The notes: generated by a model from the sequence alone, not told the origin. Shown: positions 37,011-47,340, counted from the stretch's first letter. The stretch is 64,000 bases of DNA from an uncultured delta proteobacterium (GCA_963843145.1 CAWJJC010000020.1:128001-192000), one strand, 5' to 3'. Numbers and translations are program-made.

Positions 37011-39557
37011 TCACTGCTGCCAGAGAATATGAGCGGCCTCCAGGGGAACCGCCACCCCCGGATAGTGGGGTATCAGGCGGGCCGTATAGTCCGTGGCCGG
37101 GCGGTCCGCAGGGACCGCGGCCCGGTAAACATAGCCGCCCGCCGCGCCCGTCAGCGGACGAAGGCGCTTCATCTTCTGCCGCACCGGGCCGTCGTGGTTG
37201 GCGTCTTGGGCATAGAGCTCGACCTCTATGACCTGCGGATCGAGGTCATCGAGATATATTTGAATGTCAAAAACGTGCTGCTCCCCGCTGGATTCCACTT
37301 TCACCTCCCCAAAGCGCAGCGAGACCCAATGCTGTTTTAGGGCCTGCTGCCACTCGACCACCTGCCGGCCCACTGCGCCCTGATCGGCAGCACGTTCACG
37401 AAAGGCGGCCGCGGCCGGAAGATAGTGTTGCTCGGTATATTCGCGCACTGTGCGGTTGGCGGAGAATCGGGGCGTCAACTGCGCCATGCTCTCTCGGACC
37501 CGGGCCACCCAGGCCGTGGGGATACCGTTCTCATCGCGGGCATAATATTCGGGGATGACCTCCTGTTCGAGCAGATCGTAAAGGGTCTCGGCTTCGGCCG
37601 CATCCCAGATCGGATCGCCGTCATGCTCCCGGCCATCCCCCAAGGCCCACCCCACTTCCGGTCGGTAGGCCTCCGCCCACCAGCCATCGAGCTCGGAAAG
37701 ATTGAGGCCGCCATTGACGAGCACCTTCATGCCGCTGGTCCCGCAGGCTTCCCACGGTCGCCTGGGGGTATTGATCCAGACATCCACCCCCTGTACCAAT
37801 TGCCCGGTCATTAGCATGTCGTAGTCGCTCAGAAAGATCACCTGGTTATGGACCTTGTCCCTCCGGATGAATTGCATCCACTCCTGAATCATGTCTTGCC
37901 CGATCCGGTCGGCCGGATGGGCCTTGCCGGCCAGAATCAGTTGCACAGGGCGCCGGGAATCGGTCAGGATACGCCGGAGCCTCTCCGGATCGTGCAGCAG
38001 CAGGTTGGGCCGCTTGTAGGAAGCAAAGCGCCGGGCGAAGCCCAGGGTCAAGGCGTTGGGATCAAAAAGACGTTTCGCCCCTTCCACCTCCTCGGGTGAG
38101 GCGCCCGCGGCCTCCAGTTGCCGGGATAGTCGCTCCCGGACATATTCAATCAGGGACTGGCGGGCGGAGGCCCGGCATTCCCAGAGTCGGGTATCGGGCA
38201 GACCGCGCATGTCTTCCTCCAGGTTCTCCAAGGTTCCCAGCCAGCGGTTTTTTCCGCAAGAGCCTGTCCAGAGGGCATCGGTCTCTTCCGAATCCCAACT
38301 GGACATATGCACCCCGTTGGTCACGTATCCCACCGGCACTTCGTCCTCCGGCCAGCGCGGGAAGAGCCCTTGAAACAAGCGCCGACTCACCTGCCCGTGC
38401 AAGCGGCTGACCCCATTGGCCGCCCCGCTTCCTCGCAAGGCCAGGTAAGCCATATTGAATGGTTCCGAAGAATCGCTCGGGTTTCGACGGCCCAGGGCCA
38501 GTAGCTCGTGCAGCGAGATGCCCAGTTTATTTTGAGCGTACCAGCCGAGATAGCGTTCCATCAGGTCCGGAGGAAAATAGTCAAAACCGGCGCTAACCGG
38601 CGTATGGCTGGTAAAAAGGTTTCCCGCCCGGGTGACGGCCAAGGCGACTTCGAAAGGTTGCCCGGTCTCTTCCATAAAGGCTCGCGCCCGTTCCAACACG
38701 GCGAAGGCCGCATGCCCTTCGTTTAAATGGCAGACTTCGGGCCTGAGGCCGAGGGCGTCCAGCAGACGCCATCCGCCGATGCCCAGGACCAGCTCTTGAT
38801 TGAGGCGCAACTCCGGGCCGCCTCCGTACAATTCACTGGTAATCCCCCGTCGGGACGGAAAGTTGGCCGGATCGTTGCTGTCAAGCAAATACAGCTTCAC
38901 CCGCCCCACCTGGACCTCCCAGGCCCGCAGCCAGACCGAGTAACCGGGCAAGGTCAGCTCCAGCCGCAGCCACTCCCCGTCCGGTTCGCGCAGGGGCCTG
39001 ATCGGCAACTGGCCGGGGTCGTTGTAGGGAAAGAGGGCCTGCTGGGCTCCATCCCGGTCGATGACCTGACGGAAATAGCCCTGCTGGTAAAGGAGTCCCA
39101 CGCCGAACACCGGCACACCTAAATCACTGGCGGTTTTGAGTTGATCGCCGGCCACGTTGCCCAGCCCTCCCGAATAGATGGGCAGCGCTTCGCTCAACAT
39201 GAACTCTAAACTGAAATAAGCGACACCCGTCAACGGGGCGGGCGAATGGTTTTGTTGAAACCAGGCGGGAGAATCCTCCCGGCGGCGCTTGTCTCGTAAG
39301 AGTTCATCCACCTTTTTACGGAAAACGGGTTCCGCCAAGGCCCGATGGAGCTGGTCTCGGGAGATCGTTTGCAGGACGACCCAGGGATTATAGGTGAGTT
39401 GCCAGAGCGCGGGATCAAGCTGCCGCCAGACTTCATCGGCCGAGTGATTCCAATACAAATGCAGGTCCAACGCCAACTCAGCCAAAGAATCGAAACCTTC
39501 GACTTCGATAGGAAAAAAAGTGTAAATCGGGCTGCTGACCCTTTGAGCCTTATCCAT
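37011..39557 (-). CDS. glgP: Alpha-glucan phosphorylase
   Basis: YSGGLG, HLNEGH, FARRFASYKR, EACGTSGMK PLP lysine; GAGGAGG RBS. Confidence 0.95.
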   Translation of the reverse strand: MDKAQRVSSPIYTFFPIEVEGFDSLAELALDLHLYWNHSADEVWRQLDPALWQLTYNPWVVLQTISRDQLHRALAEPVFRKKVDELLRDKRRREDSPAWFQQNHSPAPLTGVAYFSLEFMLSEALPIYSGGLGNVAGDQLKTASDLGVPVFGVGLLYQQGYFRQVIDRDGAQQALFPYNDPGQLPIRPLREPDGEWLRLELTLPGYSVWLRAWEVQVGRVKLYLLDSNDPANFPSRRGITSELYGGGPELRLNQELVLGIGGWRLLDALGLRPEVCHLNEGHAAFAVLERARAFMEETGQPFEVALAVTRAGNLFTSHTPVSAGFDYFPPDLMERYLGWYAQNKLGISLHELLALGRRNPSDSSEPFNMAYLALRGSGAANGVSRLHGQVSRRLFQGLFPRWPEDEVPVGYVTNGVHMSSWDSEETDALWTGSCGKNRWLGTLENLEEDMRGLPDTRLWECRASARQSLIEYVRERLSRQLEAAGASPEEVEGAKRLFDPNALTLGFARRFASYKRPNLLLHDPERLRRILTDSRRPVQLILAGKAHPADRIGQDMIQEWMQFIRRDKVHNQVIFLSDYDMLMTGQLVQGVDVWINTPRRPWEACGTSGMKVLVNGGLNLSELDGWWAEAYRPEVGWALGDGREHDGDPIWDAAEAETLYDLLEQEVIPEYYARDENGIPTAWVARVRESMAQLTPRFSANRTVREYTEQHYLPAAAAFRERAADQGAVGRQVVEWQQALKQHWVSLRFGEVKVESSGEQHVFDIQIYLDDLDPQVIEVELYAQDANHDGPVRQKMKRLRPLTGAAGGYVYRAAVPADRPATDYTARLIPHYPGVAVPLEAAHILWQQ

Positions 39558-39853
39558 AGGTTGTCCTCCTCTCAGGGGCTTGCTCCGGTTTCTCTCAGAA
39601 GGACGATTTCCAATGGTAAAGAGGTGGGGGCTCGGGCAGCGAGCTCCAGGGGGTGCCGGTTCCTTCAGTTGCGGAAGATGCCCGCCTCTTTAACTGAATC
39701 CGAAAGGTCCCTGGTCGTCGGATTCGGTGCCATAACGGTCCGGACTCCGGGTCTCCTTCGTATTAGTCCCCTGGAGCGGATGGGTCCTCAGGGCCGACAG
39801 GATCTGACCCCTAAGCCACCCATCCGTTTCGGGTGGAGCGCTAAAGATTCCGG

Positions 39854-40105
39854 TTAGCCGGCGGTTTTAACGTTGGCTACTAACTGGGCAATCTGAAGCC
39901 CCAAACTGACACATTGCTTGCCTTCCATGCAGGTATCGGCATCGATCGGTTCCAGATAGGTTTTAAGATGATGGGCATCCTTATCCAGCTCCACTGTCCA
40001 GGCCTTCTTGGCCTCATCAAAGTCTACCTTGACCTCGATGCCGCATTCCCCCATTTCAGGATAAAGGGATCTGATTCGATCACACAATTCTTTTTTGTCA
40101 TGCAT
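39854..40105 (-). CDS. Small hypothetical protein with four Cys
   Basis: 83 aa ORF with AAGGAGG RBS. Confidence 0.7.
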   Translation of the reverse strand: MHDKKELCDRIRSLYPEMGECGIEVKVDFDEAKKAWTVELDKDAHHLKTYLEPIDADTCMEGKQCVSLGLQIAQLVANVKTAG

Positions 40106-40236
40106 GGCATACCCCTCCTTGGTGTTGTTTTAAGATACCAGTCTAAGGAAAATCGCGCTATTTTGCAACCTCCGTTTCTCAGTCGGAATACGGGCCTGCG
40201 TTAAATCAAATTAGCGAGTTAGGCCCGGATTCAAAT

Positions 40237-42717
40237 TCAAATATTCCCCGGGATGTTGGCCGCGGCGCTGTTAATTCTCAGGGTATTGGCGACCACGGTC
40301 AGGCTGCTGGCAAACATGGCCAGAACCGCGATCAAAGGATTCAGCAAGCCGGTCATGGCCAGGGGAATTCCCAGCAGATTATAAAAAAAAGCGAAGAGCA
40401 GGTTTTGTCGAATAATCCTAAAACTCACCCTGGCCAGGTGAAACACCTCCTGGATCCTGAGGGGATCAGGGGTTAAGAGCGTAATATCCGCAGCCTCCGA
40501 TAGGATTCCGGCCCTGGTTCCCAGGGCAAAACCCACATCGGCCTGGGCCAGGGCCGCGGCGTCGTTAAGTCCGTCTCCGACCATGCCCACCCGATGTCCT
40601 TTCTGCTGGAGTTCTTTAATGATGCGGACCTTGTCCTGGGCCTGGGCCTGGCCGATATAGGGGTCTATGGCCAGTTCCCGGGCCAGGGCTGCGGTAGTCT
40701 CCAGAGAGTCACCCGAAACCAGCCAGGTCCCAAAACCTTTTTCTTGAAGACCCGAAACGGCCTCACGGGCCGTTTTCTTGAGCGTATCCCCAAAAGCCAG
40801 AAACCCTCGAACCTGTTCCTCCCAGCCGAAGAAAACGACCGTCGCGCCCTGGCTCGACAGGGTCCTGGCCTGCGGCTCAAGAGTCGCGGGGAATATCAGC
40901 CCCTGAGACTGCATCAGATTTCGATTCCCGATGATCACCTCCAGGCCGGCAACCACCCCGCGGACCCCGAAACCGGGGAGTGTCTTAAAATCCTTCACTT
41001 CCTCCGGGCTGAGGGAAAACTCCCGGGACTGGTTTTGAATCTCCCGGGCCAGAAAGTGATCGGAAAAAGCCTCAACCGAAGCAATTTTTTGCCAGGCCTC
41101 CTGCGGCGAGCCTTCGAGGCAAACCATTTCCCGAAAGGAAAAACGGCCTTCGGTTAAGGTCCCGGTCTTGTCGAAGATCAAGACATCCAATTTTCTTATT
41201 TTTTCCAGGGCCGCCGGATCGCGGATGAGGATTCCTTTTCTTCGTCCCTGGCCGATGGCCGCCACCTTGGCCAGCGGGGTGGCAATCCCCAAGGCACAGG
41301 GGCAGGAAATGACCAGTATCGTGACGGCCCGCAGCAGGCTCTCCTCCAGCGAATAACCGCGAGAGGCCAGCACCAGCGCGGTTCCCGCGGCTAAAGCCAA
41401 GAGAGAAGGTACGATCCAGCGGGTCAACCGATCGGCCAAAAGTTCGACCGCGGTCTTCCTGGACAGGCCCTCCTGCATCAAAGTTATGATCTGACCGATT
41501 GAACTTTCCGCTCCCACGCGGGTGGCCCGCAACCTCAGCGGGTGGTCAAGGAGTAAAGCGCCGGCCCGGACCTCCTCATTGAGCCCTCTTTTTATCGGCC
41601 GCGACTCACCGGTCAAATAGGATTCGTCCAGTTTAGCCCGTCCAAAAAGGACCCGGCCGTCTACGGGGACCCTTTCCCCGGCCAGGACCTGAAAATCGTC
41701 CCCGGGTCTTACCTCCTCGGCCGCTCGCCATTCTTCCCCTCTTTCGGTCAGGAGGCGCACTTTTTGATTGGCCAGTTGATAGAGTTCAATCAGACCTTGG
41801 GAGATTTTTTCTCTGGCCTGGGCCTCCAGGTACTTTCCCAGCAGGACCAAAACGATCAGCATCGCGGCCGTATCGAAATAAAGGTGCAGGCTGCCTCGCC
41901 CCATCTGGACCAGGCTGTAAAAATAGGCCGACAGGGCACCAAGGGAAATAAGGACTTCCATGGTGGGATTTCCATGGCGCAATCCGGCCAGGGCCTTTTT
42001 AAAAATGGGAAAGCCCCCGTAAATCAGTACCGGGGTGGCCAGGATCCACAAGGGGTAGGAGAGATAGCCAATGGCCTCCTTCCCCAGATCCTGAAAAAGG
42101 CCGCCGTCAAGGGCCAGGGAGATCATCATCACCTGGACCGTCAGAATGGAGGAAATGCCCAGACGCCGTTGTACTCTTTTTCTTTCCCCTGAGGCCTCCG
42201 CCGGATCCTGAAAGGAAGAGGACCGATATCCCAGCTTGGAAATCCGGTCCCGGATTTCTTCTATCGTCACCTGATGCGGGAGGTATTTAATCCGGACCAG
42301 ATCGGAGGCAAAGAGGGCCTTGACCTCGAGCACTCCCCGAGTCCGCGGCAATACACTTTCAATCAACCAGGAACAAGCGCTACACCACATCCCCTCCAGG
42401 TTTAAGATCAATTCTTTGGCCAGCGCTTCTTCCAGGCCGGAAGCGTTCAAGGCTTGCGGGCCTGCTTCCCCGCCTTGAGCCGGGCTTTGTTCCCGCGCTT
42501 CAGCCTTCCGGCCGATCAGGTCAGCGGCCGCACAAAGACGATAAAGGTCTGAATTTTTCAGGTCGCCGGGAAGACCCCCGGGAAGACTGGTCAGCAGTTG
42601 AAAGACCTGCCGGCAGCCGAAACAACAGAAATGGAAAACCGCTGCTCCCCGCCTTTCCTCTACTCCTGAACGACCGACAGGCAAACCGCATAAGCGACAT
42701 TCCGCTTCAGGACTCAT
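40237..42717 (-). CDS. ccoI: Cu(I)-type P1B ATPase, CcoI/FixI-like
   Basis: CRLC...CCFGC, GMWCSAC, TGES, CPC, DKTGT, GDGLNDA, YN and MxxSS; in the cbb3 cluster. Confidence 0.88.
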   Translation of the reverse strand: MSPEAECRLCGLPVGRSGVEERRGAAVFHFCCFGCRQVFQLLTSLPGGLPGDLKNSDLYRLCAAADLIGRKAEAREQSPAQGGEAGPQALNASGLEEALAKELILNLEGMWCSACSWLIESVLPRTRGVLEVKALFASDLVRIKYLPHQVTIEEIRDRISKLGYRSSSFQDPAEASGERKRVQRRLGISSILTVQVMMISLALDGGLFQDLGKEAIGYLSYPLWILATPVLIYGGFPIFKKALAGLRHGNPTMEVLISLGALSAYFYSLVQMGRGSLHLYFDTAAMLIVLVLLGKYLEAQAREKISQGLIELYQLANQKVRLLTERGEEWRAAEEVRPGDDFQVLAGERVPVDGRVLFGRAKLDESYLTGESRPIKRGLNEEVRAGALLLDHPLRLRATRVGAESSIGQIITLMQEGLSRKTAVELLADRLTRWIVPSLLALAAGTALVLASRGYSLEESLLRAVTILVISCPCALGIATPLAKVAAIGQGRRKGILIRDPAALEKIRKLDVLIFDKTGTLTEGRFSFREMVCLEGSPQEAWQKIASVEAFSDHFLAREIQNQSREFSLSPEEVKDFKTLPGFGVRGVVAGLEVIIGNRNLMQSQGLIFPATLEPQARTLSSQGATVVFFGWEEQVRGFLAFGDTLKKTAREAVSGLQEKGFGTWLVSGDSLETTAALARELAIDPYIGQAQAQDKVRIIKELQQKGHRVGMVGDGLNDAAALAQADVGFALGTRAGILSEAADITLLTPDPLRIQEVFHLARVSFRIIRQNLLFAFFYNLLGIPLAMTGLLNPLIAVLAMFASSLTVVANTLRINSAAANIPGNI

Positions 42718-42805
42718 AGCGCAAAAATCCCGTCGGCTCTGAGTGGCCGGGCGCGAGTGGCTGGAGTCTGGTTTTTCTTTGGACCCGGCACCTTGAACCC
42801 TCAGG

Positions 42806-43519
42806 TTAAACCAGGAGCTTCGCGCCCTGGTAGATCAGGATCAGCCCCATAAAAATGACGGAAAAAGCGGCCAGTCGCTCCCCGATAAGTCTCGTCCGCA
42901 GGGTGAACAGGGAAGTGGAGATTCCCAGGCCCAAAAGAGCGGGTACCGTGCCCAGGCCAAAAGCCACCATGGTCATAAAGCCTTCCGCCATATTTCCTGT
43001 GGTGGCGGCCTTGATGAGCAGGGAACAGGATAGGCAGCAAGGCAGAAGCCCGCTGGCCAGTCCCAGGGCCATCTTGGAAGCTGAACCGGGAGATTGAAAC
43101 AGGAAAGGAAGGAGGCGGCTCCAGAGGGAACGAGGCGTCAAGGAAAATCGGGCCAAAAGACCCGGCAGGGGAATGACCCTCAAGAAGACCATTCCCAACA
43201 GCGTAATCAGGAACCCCCCGGCCAGGATGACCCCGCCGCGGATATTGAGATGTAAATTGAAGCCGGAGATAGTAAAGAGGCCCGCGGCCAGGCCGCCCAG
43301 GATTCCGTAGGTCATCAGCCTGCCGAAATGATAGGCCAGGTGATGAGAAAATCCTTTGGCCCAGGAAGAGGAATCCAAGCCCACGACCCGGGGTTCCAGG
43401 CTTTTAATGTGCACCGAATAGGCCAGGACCAGGGGGCCGCACATCCCCAGACAATGCAGGCTGCCGAACAATCCGATCAGGAACGGGGCCAGAAGCTCGA
43501 TAATCCAGGGAGCGTCCAT
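42806..43519 (-). CDS. DsbD_2 / TauE-like membrane protein (cbb3 biogenesis-associated)
   Basis: GSLHCLGMCGP, YHFGRL.TY, GLLPC, FGLGTVP. Confidence 0.85.
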   Translation of the reverse strand: MDAPWIIELLAPFLIGLFGSLHCLGMCGPLVLAYSVHIKSLEPRVVGLDSSSWAKGFSHHLAYHFGRLMTYGILGGLAAGLFTISGFNLHLNIRGGVILAGGFLITLLGMVFLRVIPLPGLLARFSLTPRSLWSRLLPFLFQSPGSASKMALGLASGLLPCCLSCSLLIKAATTGNMAEGFMTMVAFGLGTVPALLGLGISTSLFTLRTRLIGERLAAFSVIFMGLILIYQGAKLLV

Positions 43520-43528
43520 ATCCTCTCC

Positions 43529-44089
43529 TCAGCGGATAGCGGTCGGTTGGAAACCCGTCCGGCCCCCTTCATTTTTTTCTTTAGCCCGGGCCCTCAGATA
43601 ATGGATGACGGCCCAGCGGTCTTCCGCGCCGATGGTGGCATACAAGGGGGGTTGTCTCTTATGGCCCAGACTGATCTTGTAAAACAGTTCTCCGTCGCTC
43701 TGAGTCTGCACTTTGGGATCCAAAAGATAGGTGGGTAAAGGATAAAAGCTTTGACCCACCGTGGCCTTCCCGTCGAGCCCGGGGCCATGACAGTGCACAC
43801 AGTAATAGAGATAACTTTTCTTTCCCTGGCCTACCACAGCCGGGGTCATCGGCAAAGGGTTGATCAATTGTTTAGGGTTTGATCTTCTCAAGGTCTCGAT
43901 GCCCCCGCCTAGCGGAATAGTCCCTGTGGGCATGATCGGCAGGGAAAGCTGAAAGGTATTGATGGCTTCGTCATCCCTCATCCGGCCGTAGTAGTTGCTG
44001 ATCAGGATGGAAAGGAAAAAGAAAGAAAAGGCCAAAAGACCCACAACCAGACCGGTGATTAAGAAGGCTTTTCTCCCCGACACGATCAC
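43529..44089 (-). CDS. Monoheme cytochrome c, ActE-like
   Basis: RM.DDEA, MPTGTIP, NPLP, CVHCHG, DGELFYKI, DRWAVIHYLR. Confidence 0.8.
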   Translation of the reverse strand: MIVSGRKAFLITGLVVGLLAFSFFFLSILISNYYGRMRDDEAINTFQLSLPIMPTGTIPLGGGIETLRRSNPKQLINPLPMTPAVVGQGKKSYLYYCVHCHGPGLDGKATVGQSFYPLPTYLLDPKVQTQSDGELFYKISLGHKRQPPLYATIGAEDRWAVIHYLRARAKEKNEGGRTGFQPTAIR

Positions 44090-44355
44090 CGTCCTCCCCG
44101 TCCGCCGGTTTTTTCGGTCTTACCGCTGGGGCCCATCACATGTTGTTGCCGAATCCCTTCCCCTTCTTCCCCAGGAGCCGTGCCGGCCCGTTTTTCTGCC
44201 CCACGGACCGAATAGACTGACTGGCCGGGCACATCGGCGATGGTCCCGTAGCGCCAGGGGGGCGGCCAATGAACCCCGACGACGGAAAAAATAAAGAGCC
44301 CCCAGAGTAAAAAGCCCAGGGCCACGGCCAGTACGATGACCCAACTCCTGGCCAT
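44086..44355 (-). CDS. Small single-pass membrane protein
   Basis: AAGGAGG RBS + MARSWVIVL...PPPWRYGTIADVPGQS; translationally coupled to the next gene. Confidence 0.65.
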   Translation of the reverse strand: MARSWVIVLAVALGFLLWGLFIFSVVGVHWPPPWRYGTIADVPGQSVYSVRGAEKRAGTAPGEEGEGIRQQHVMGPSGKTEKTGGRGGR

Positions 44356-44419
44356 TGATCCCTCCTTTTCCGGGGGAACAGCGGCCTGACTTTTGTCGAT
44401 CAGGTTGTTGGCCTTCAGG

Positions 44420-44700
44420 CTACCCAATGGCCTTTCCTCCCAGTCCGACCAGGATCAAGTAGGCCAGGGCCCAGACGATGACCGCCAGGTAAGCCATAAT
44501 AAGAAATGGCGGCACGGGGTTATCGTCCTTCTTCTGTTCCTCCCCGGACCCCACCCCTCAGGCTCGAGTTCCGCTCCGCCTACCTCCGGCGGGGCCGGGG
44601 GATAAAAGGTCCAGGCCGCATAGAGAAGGACCAGAGTCCCCAGCCCCAAAAAAAAGGCCAGGGCCATATCCTGCAAGGTGGTCAAAGGGAAATAGGGCAT
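44420..44700 (-). CDS. Small two-TM protein resembling the CcoP N-terminal anchor; apparent frameshift at ~44547-44557
   Basis: MPYFPLTTLQDMALAFFLGLG...; adding one base gives GEEQKKDDNPVPPFLIMAYLAVIVWALAYLILVGLGGKAIG*. Confidence 0.6.
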
Positions 44701-44709
44701 GGCCGCACC

Positions 44710-44964
44710 TTACCCTCTTAAGGCCCAAAATAGAGATCCCGCTAAACCCACGACCAGCAAAAGTCCGATAAACATCAAAACATAAACCTCCACGGTCCAT
44801 TGGGCCGGATCCTTGACCAAGGGTTGCGGCAGGGCGTCTTGCAGGGGCAGGTAGCGGGCCCGGTCCTGATCGGAAAACTGTCCGCTCTGCAGTCCCCACA
44901 AAAAGGCCGCCAACGAGACCCACAGGCTGAAAGCGATCAAAATCATCCAGGCTGAAAAATACAT
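44710..44964 (-). CDS. ccoS: cbb3-type oxidase maturation protein
   Basis: AFLWGLQSGQFSDQDRARYLPL. Confidence 0.85.
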   Translation of the reverse strand: MYFSAWMILIAFSLWVSLAAFLWGLQSGQFSDQDRARYLPLQDALPQPLVKDPAQWTVEVYVLMFIGLLLVVGLAGSLFWALRG

Positions 44965-44965
44965 C

Positions 44966-45946
44966 CTATTTCTCCTTCTCCCGGCGCAAGGCCTTGGACA
45001 GGGGCTCATTCCCGGGGGGCTCATAAGCGGCAGCCATCCCTTTGGGTTCCTGATGGGCATCGCTTTGGCCGATGAAATAAACGGCCACATAATTCCCCAC
45101 TTCCCAGATTTTGGCGGATTCCAGTTCTTTTTTAAAATAAGGCATGGCCGTTCCGGTGATGCCGTTCATGATCTGGTGATAGAGGATGCCCCCGGAAATC
45201 CCCCGCTGGTTCAACAGGGTAAAGTTCAGCGGTGGGGGATAGAGATAGGGCTCCGCCGGCCCCATGCCGTCGCCGATCGGGCCGTGACAGCCGATGCAAA
45301 AACCCTGATAAATCTTGTGCCCCCGTTCCAGACCGGCCTCGGTGGTCGGGTAGGGGTTGGTCAGCTTTCTCCAGGGCTCGGGGACCATTTGATGCAGCCA
45401 CTGAACATTTTCATCCGGCCCGGCCTCATAGGCCTGGACGGCCTTGACCTTCCAGGCTTCCTGCCGCCGCACCCGGAAGTCGGCCATCCGAAATCCCAGG
45501 CTCTGTTTATAGGCGATCAGGGCCAGGATATTCTTCTTTCCCAGAAATTTCCAGGAAGGCATGATCGATTCCGGCCGGACAAACCTGGGATTGGTAAAGT
45601 GGGCCAGGTGCCAATCATCCGGGTGTTCTCCCCCTTCCTGGGAGAGATCCGGACCGGTCCGCTCGGTGCCTACCAGGGGGGGTTGGTCCTGAACATAATC
45701 CCCGGACAGGGCCACCCTCTCGGCGCCGATGCCCCAGTCGATATCGCGGATAAACTGGGTATGGCAAAAGGTGCATCCGTTCCGGATATAAATTTCCCGC
45801 CCCTGCGTTTCGAGGGAGGATCGCGCCCGAAAGATATCCGACGGCTGCTCGCTGATGGTCGTCCAGGGCAGGATGACGGCGATGGACAGCACCGAGGCGA
45901 AAATGATCAGACCTCCGAAAACAATGATGGCCAGGTTCATCTTCAT
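44966..45946 (-). CDS. ccoO: cbb3 oxidase subunit II fused to a second cytochrome c domain
   Basis: GREIYIRNGCTFCHTQFIR, ERTGPDL, PESIMP; second heme CIGCH...GTAMP. Confidence 0.9.
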   Translation of the reverse strand: MKMNLAIIVFGGLIIFASVLSIAVILPWTTISEQPSDIFRARSSLETQGREIYIRNGCTFCHTQFIRDIDWGIGAERVALSGDYVQDQPPLVGTERTGPDLSQEGGEHPDDWHLAHFTNPRFVRPESIMPSWKFLGKKNILALIAYKQSLGFRMADFRVRRQEAWKVKAVQAYEAGPDENVQWLHQMVPEPWRKLTNPYPTTEAGLERGHKIYQGFCIGCHGPIGDGMGPAEPYLYPPPLNFTLLNQRGISGGILYHQIMNGITGTAMPYFKKELESAKIWEVGNYVAVYFIGQSDAHQEPKGMAAAYEPPGNEPLSKALRREKEK

Positions 45947-47325
45947 CGGGCTTCTCCCTTCCAATCAGGGGAGGCCTCTTTTACCCCGTAGATAGTCTTG
46001 TAGATGTTGATCAGCCCCAGGACCGCCCCGCTGACGATCAACAGACCGATGGAGGCCCGAAGGATCATGTAGATATGGATCTCGGGCAGGATCTTGTAGA
46101 CCACCTGCCCGTTCAACCAGCCATGCCCCTGGACCAGGCCGGCCGCGGTCAGGACGGTAAAGAAGCCGGTCATGCCGATGAGCACCAGCCAGTACTGGAT
46201 GTCGGCCCAGCGGGGGTTGTAGAGGGGGCGGCCGGTTACCCGGGGCAGGATAAAGTAAATCCCCCCCAAGGCGATGGTCCCGGAAAATCCCAAAACGCCC
46301 ATGTGGGCGTGGGCCACCACCCAGTTGGTCAGATGGGTCACCCGCTGGACCGCGGGCAACGCCTGCAAGGGGCCCTGGATGCAGACCAAAAGGTACCAGA
46401 TCAGGCCGGCCATGACGAACTTTCCGCCGATGTCGGCATGGAACAATCCCAGACGACCGCGCATGGTCAGCCAAAGATTGATCAGCACGGTCAAAACCGG
46501 GATAAACATCCCTAAACTTCCGGTGATGGCCACCACCTTCAACCAGGTGGGTAGCGGCGTCTGCAGAAGATGGTGGGCCCCGATGTGGGTATAAATGACC
46601 AGCAGGGTCCAGAAACCGACCAGGGACAGGGAGTGGCTGTAAAGCGGAGAACGGCAGACGATGGGAATAATGTAATAGGAAAGGGCCACCGCCAGAGGAG
46701 TCAAAAACAAGCCCACCACGCCGTGGCCGTAAAACCAGGCCAGAACGGCATCGGGCATTCCGGTAATGGCCCCGCTGGAAGGGTTCCAGACGGCATTGCC
46801 GAAAAAATAGATCAGAAAAAAATAGATCAGGCCGGCGAAGATATACCAGATGGACACATAGAGGGTCTGCTCCTGACGATTTCCGGCCGTTCGCAAAAAA
46901 TTATAGAAAATCAGGGCGAAGGTGAGCAGCACGGCCAGATCGACCGGCCAGATCCATTCGGCGTATTCCCGGCCCTGGGAATACCCCAGGGCCAGGGTGA
47001 TCGTTCCCGAGGCGATAGTGAGATTCAGGATCCAGAGGGAAAGCTTTCCCAGTCGCTCGCTGAAAAGAGGGGTCCGCAGCAGGGTGGGAACCAGGTAGTG
47101 CGCCGATCCCAGCAGAGCGGTACCGACAAAACCGAAAATGACCAGGTTGGTGTGCATCGGACGGGTCCGCCCGAAGACCAACCAGGAGATGTTTCCCAGG
47201 AGGTCCGGAGCGACCAGATGGGTGGCATCGATGAAACCGATGGAGGTCCCGATGACAAACCAGACGGCGGCGCTCAAAAAAAAGGCCTTGACCGTTCCCT
47301 GGGGTTCTTCTTTTAGCAATTGCAC
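45943..47325 (-). CDS. ccoN: cbb3-type cytochrome c oxidase subunit I
   Basis: FGRTRPMHTN, WFYGHGVVG, Y....AHH, WVVAHAH ligand set. Confidence 0.93.
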   Translation of the reverse strand: MQLLKEEPQGTVKAFFLSAAVWFVIGTSIGFIDATHLVAPDLLGNISWLVFGRTRPMHTNLVIFGFVGTALLGSAHYLVPTLLRTPLFSERLGKLSLWILNLTIASGTITLALGYSQGREYAEWIWPVDLAVLLTFALIFYNFLRTAGNRQEQTLYVSIWYIFAGLIYFFLIYFFGNAVWNPSSGAITGMPDAVLAWFYGHGVVGLFLTPLAVALSYYIIPIVCRSPLYSHSLSLVGFWTLLVIYTHIGAHHLLQTPLPTWLKVVAITGSLGMFIPVLTVLINLWLTMRGRLGLFHADIGGKFVMAGLIWYLLVCIQGPLQALPAVQRVTHLTNWVVAHAHMGVLGFSGTIALGGIYFILPRVTGRPLYNPRWADIQYWLVLIGMTGFFTVLTAAGLVQGHGWLNGQVVYKILPEIHIYMILRASIGLLIVSGAVLGLINIYKTIYGVKEASPDWKGEAR

Positions 47326-47340
47326 CTTAAACCTTCTTTT

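Noticed and set aside
39692-39712. c-di-AMP (ydaO) riboswitch suggested by CTGAATCCGAAAGGT
   Set aside because: It is antisense to the downstream gene, and the remaining conserved blocks are absent.
45053-45991. Long antisense ORFs (also 3507..4295, 17342..18547, 52615..53460)
   Set aside because: They are shadow frames opposite well-supported genes in GC-rich DNA, with no recognisable motifs.
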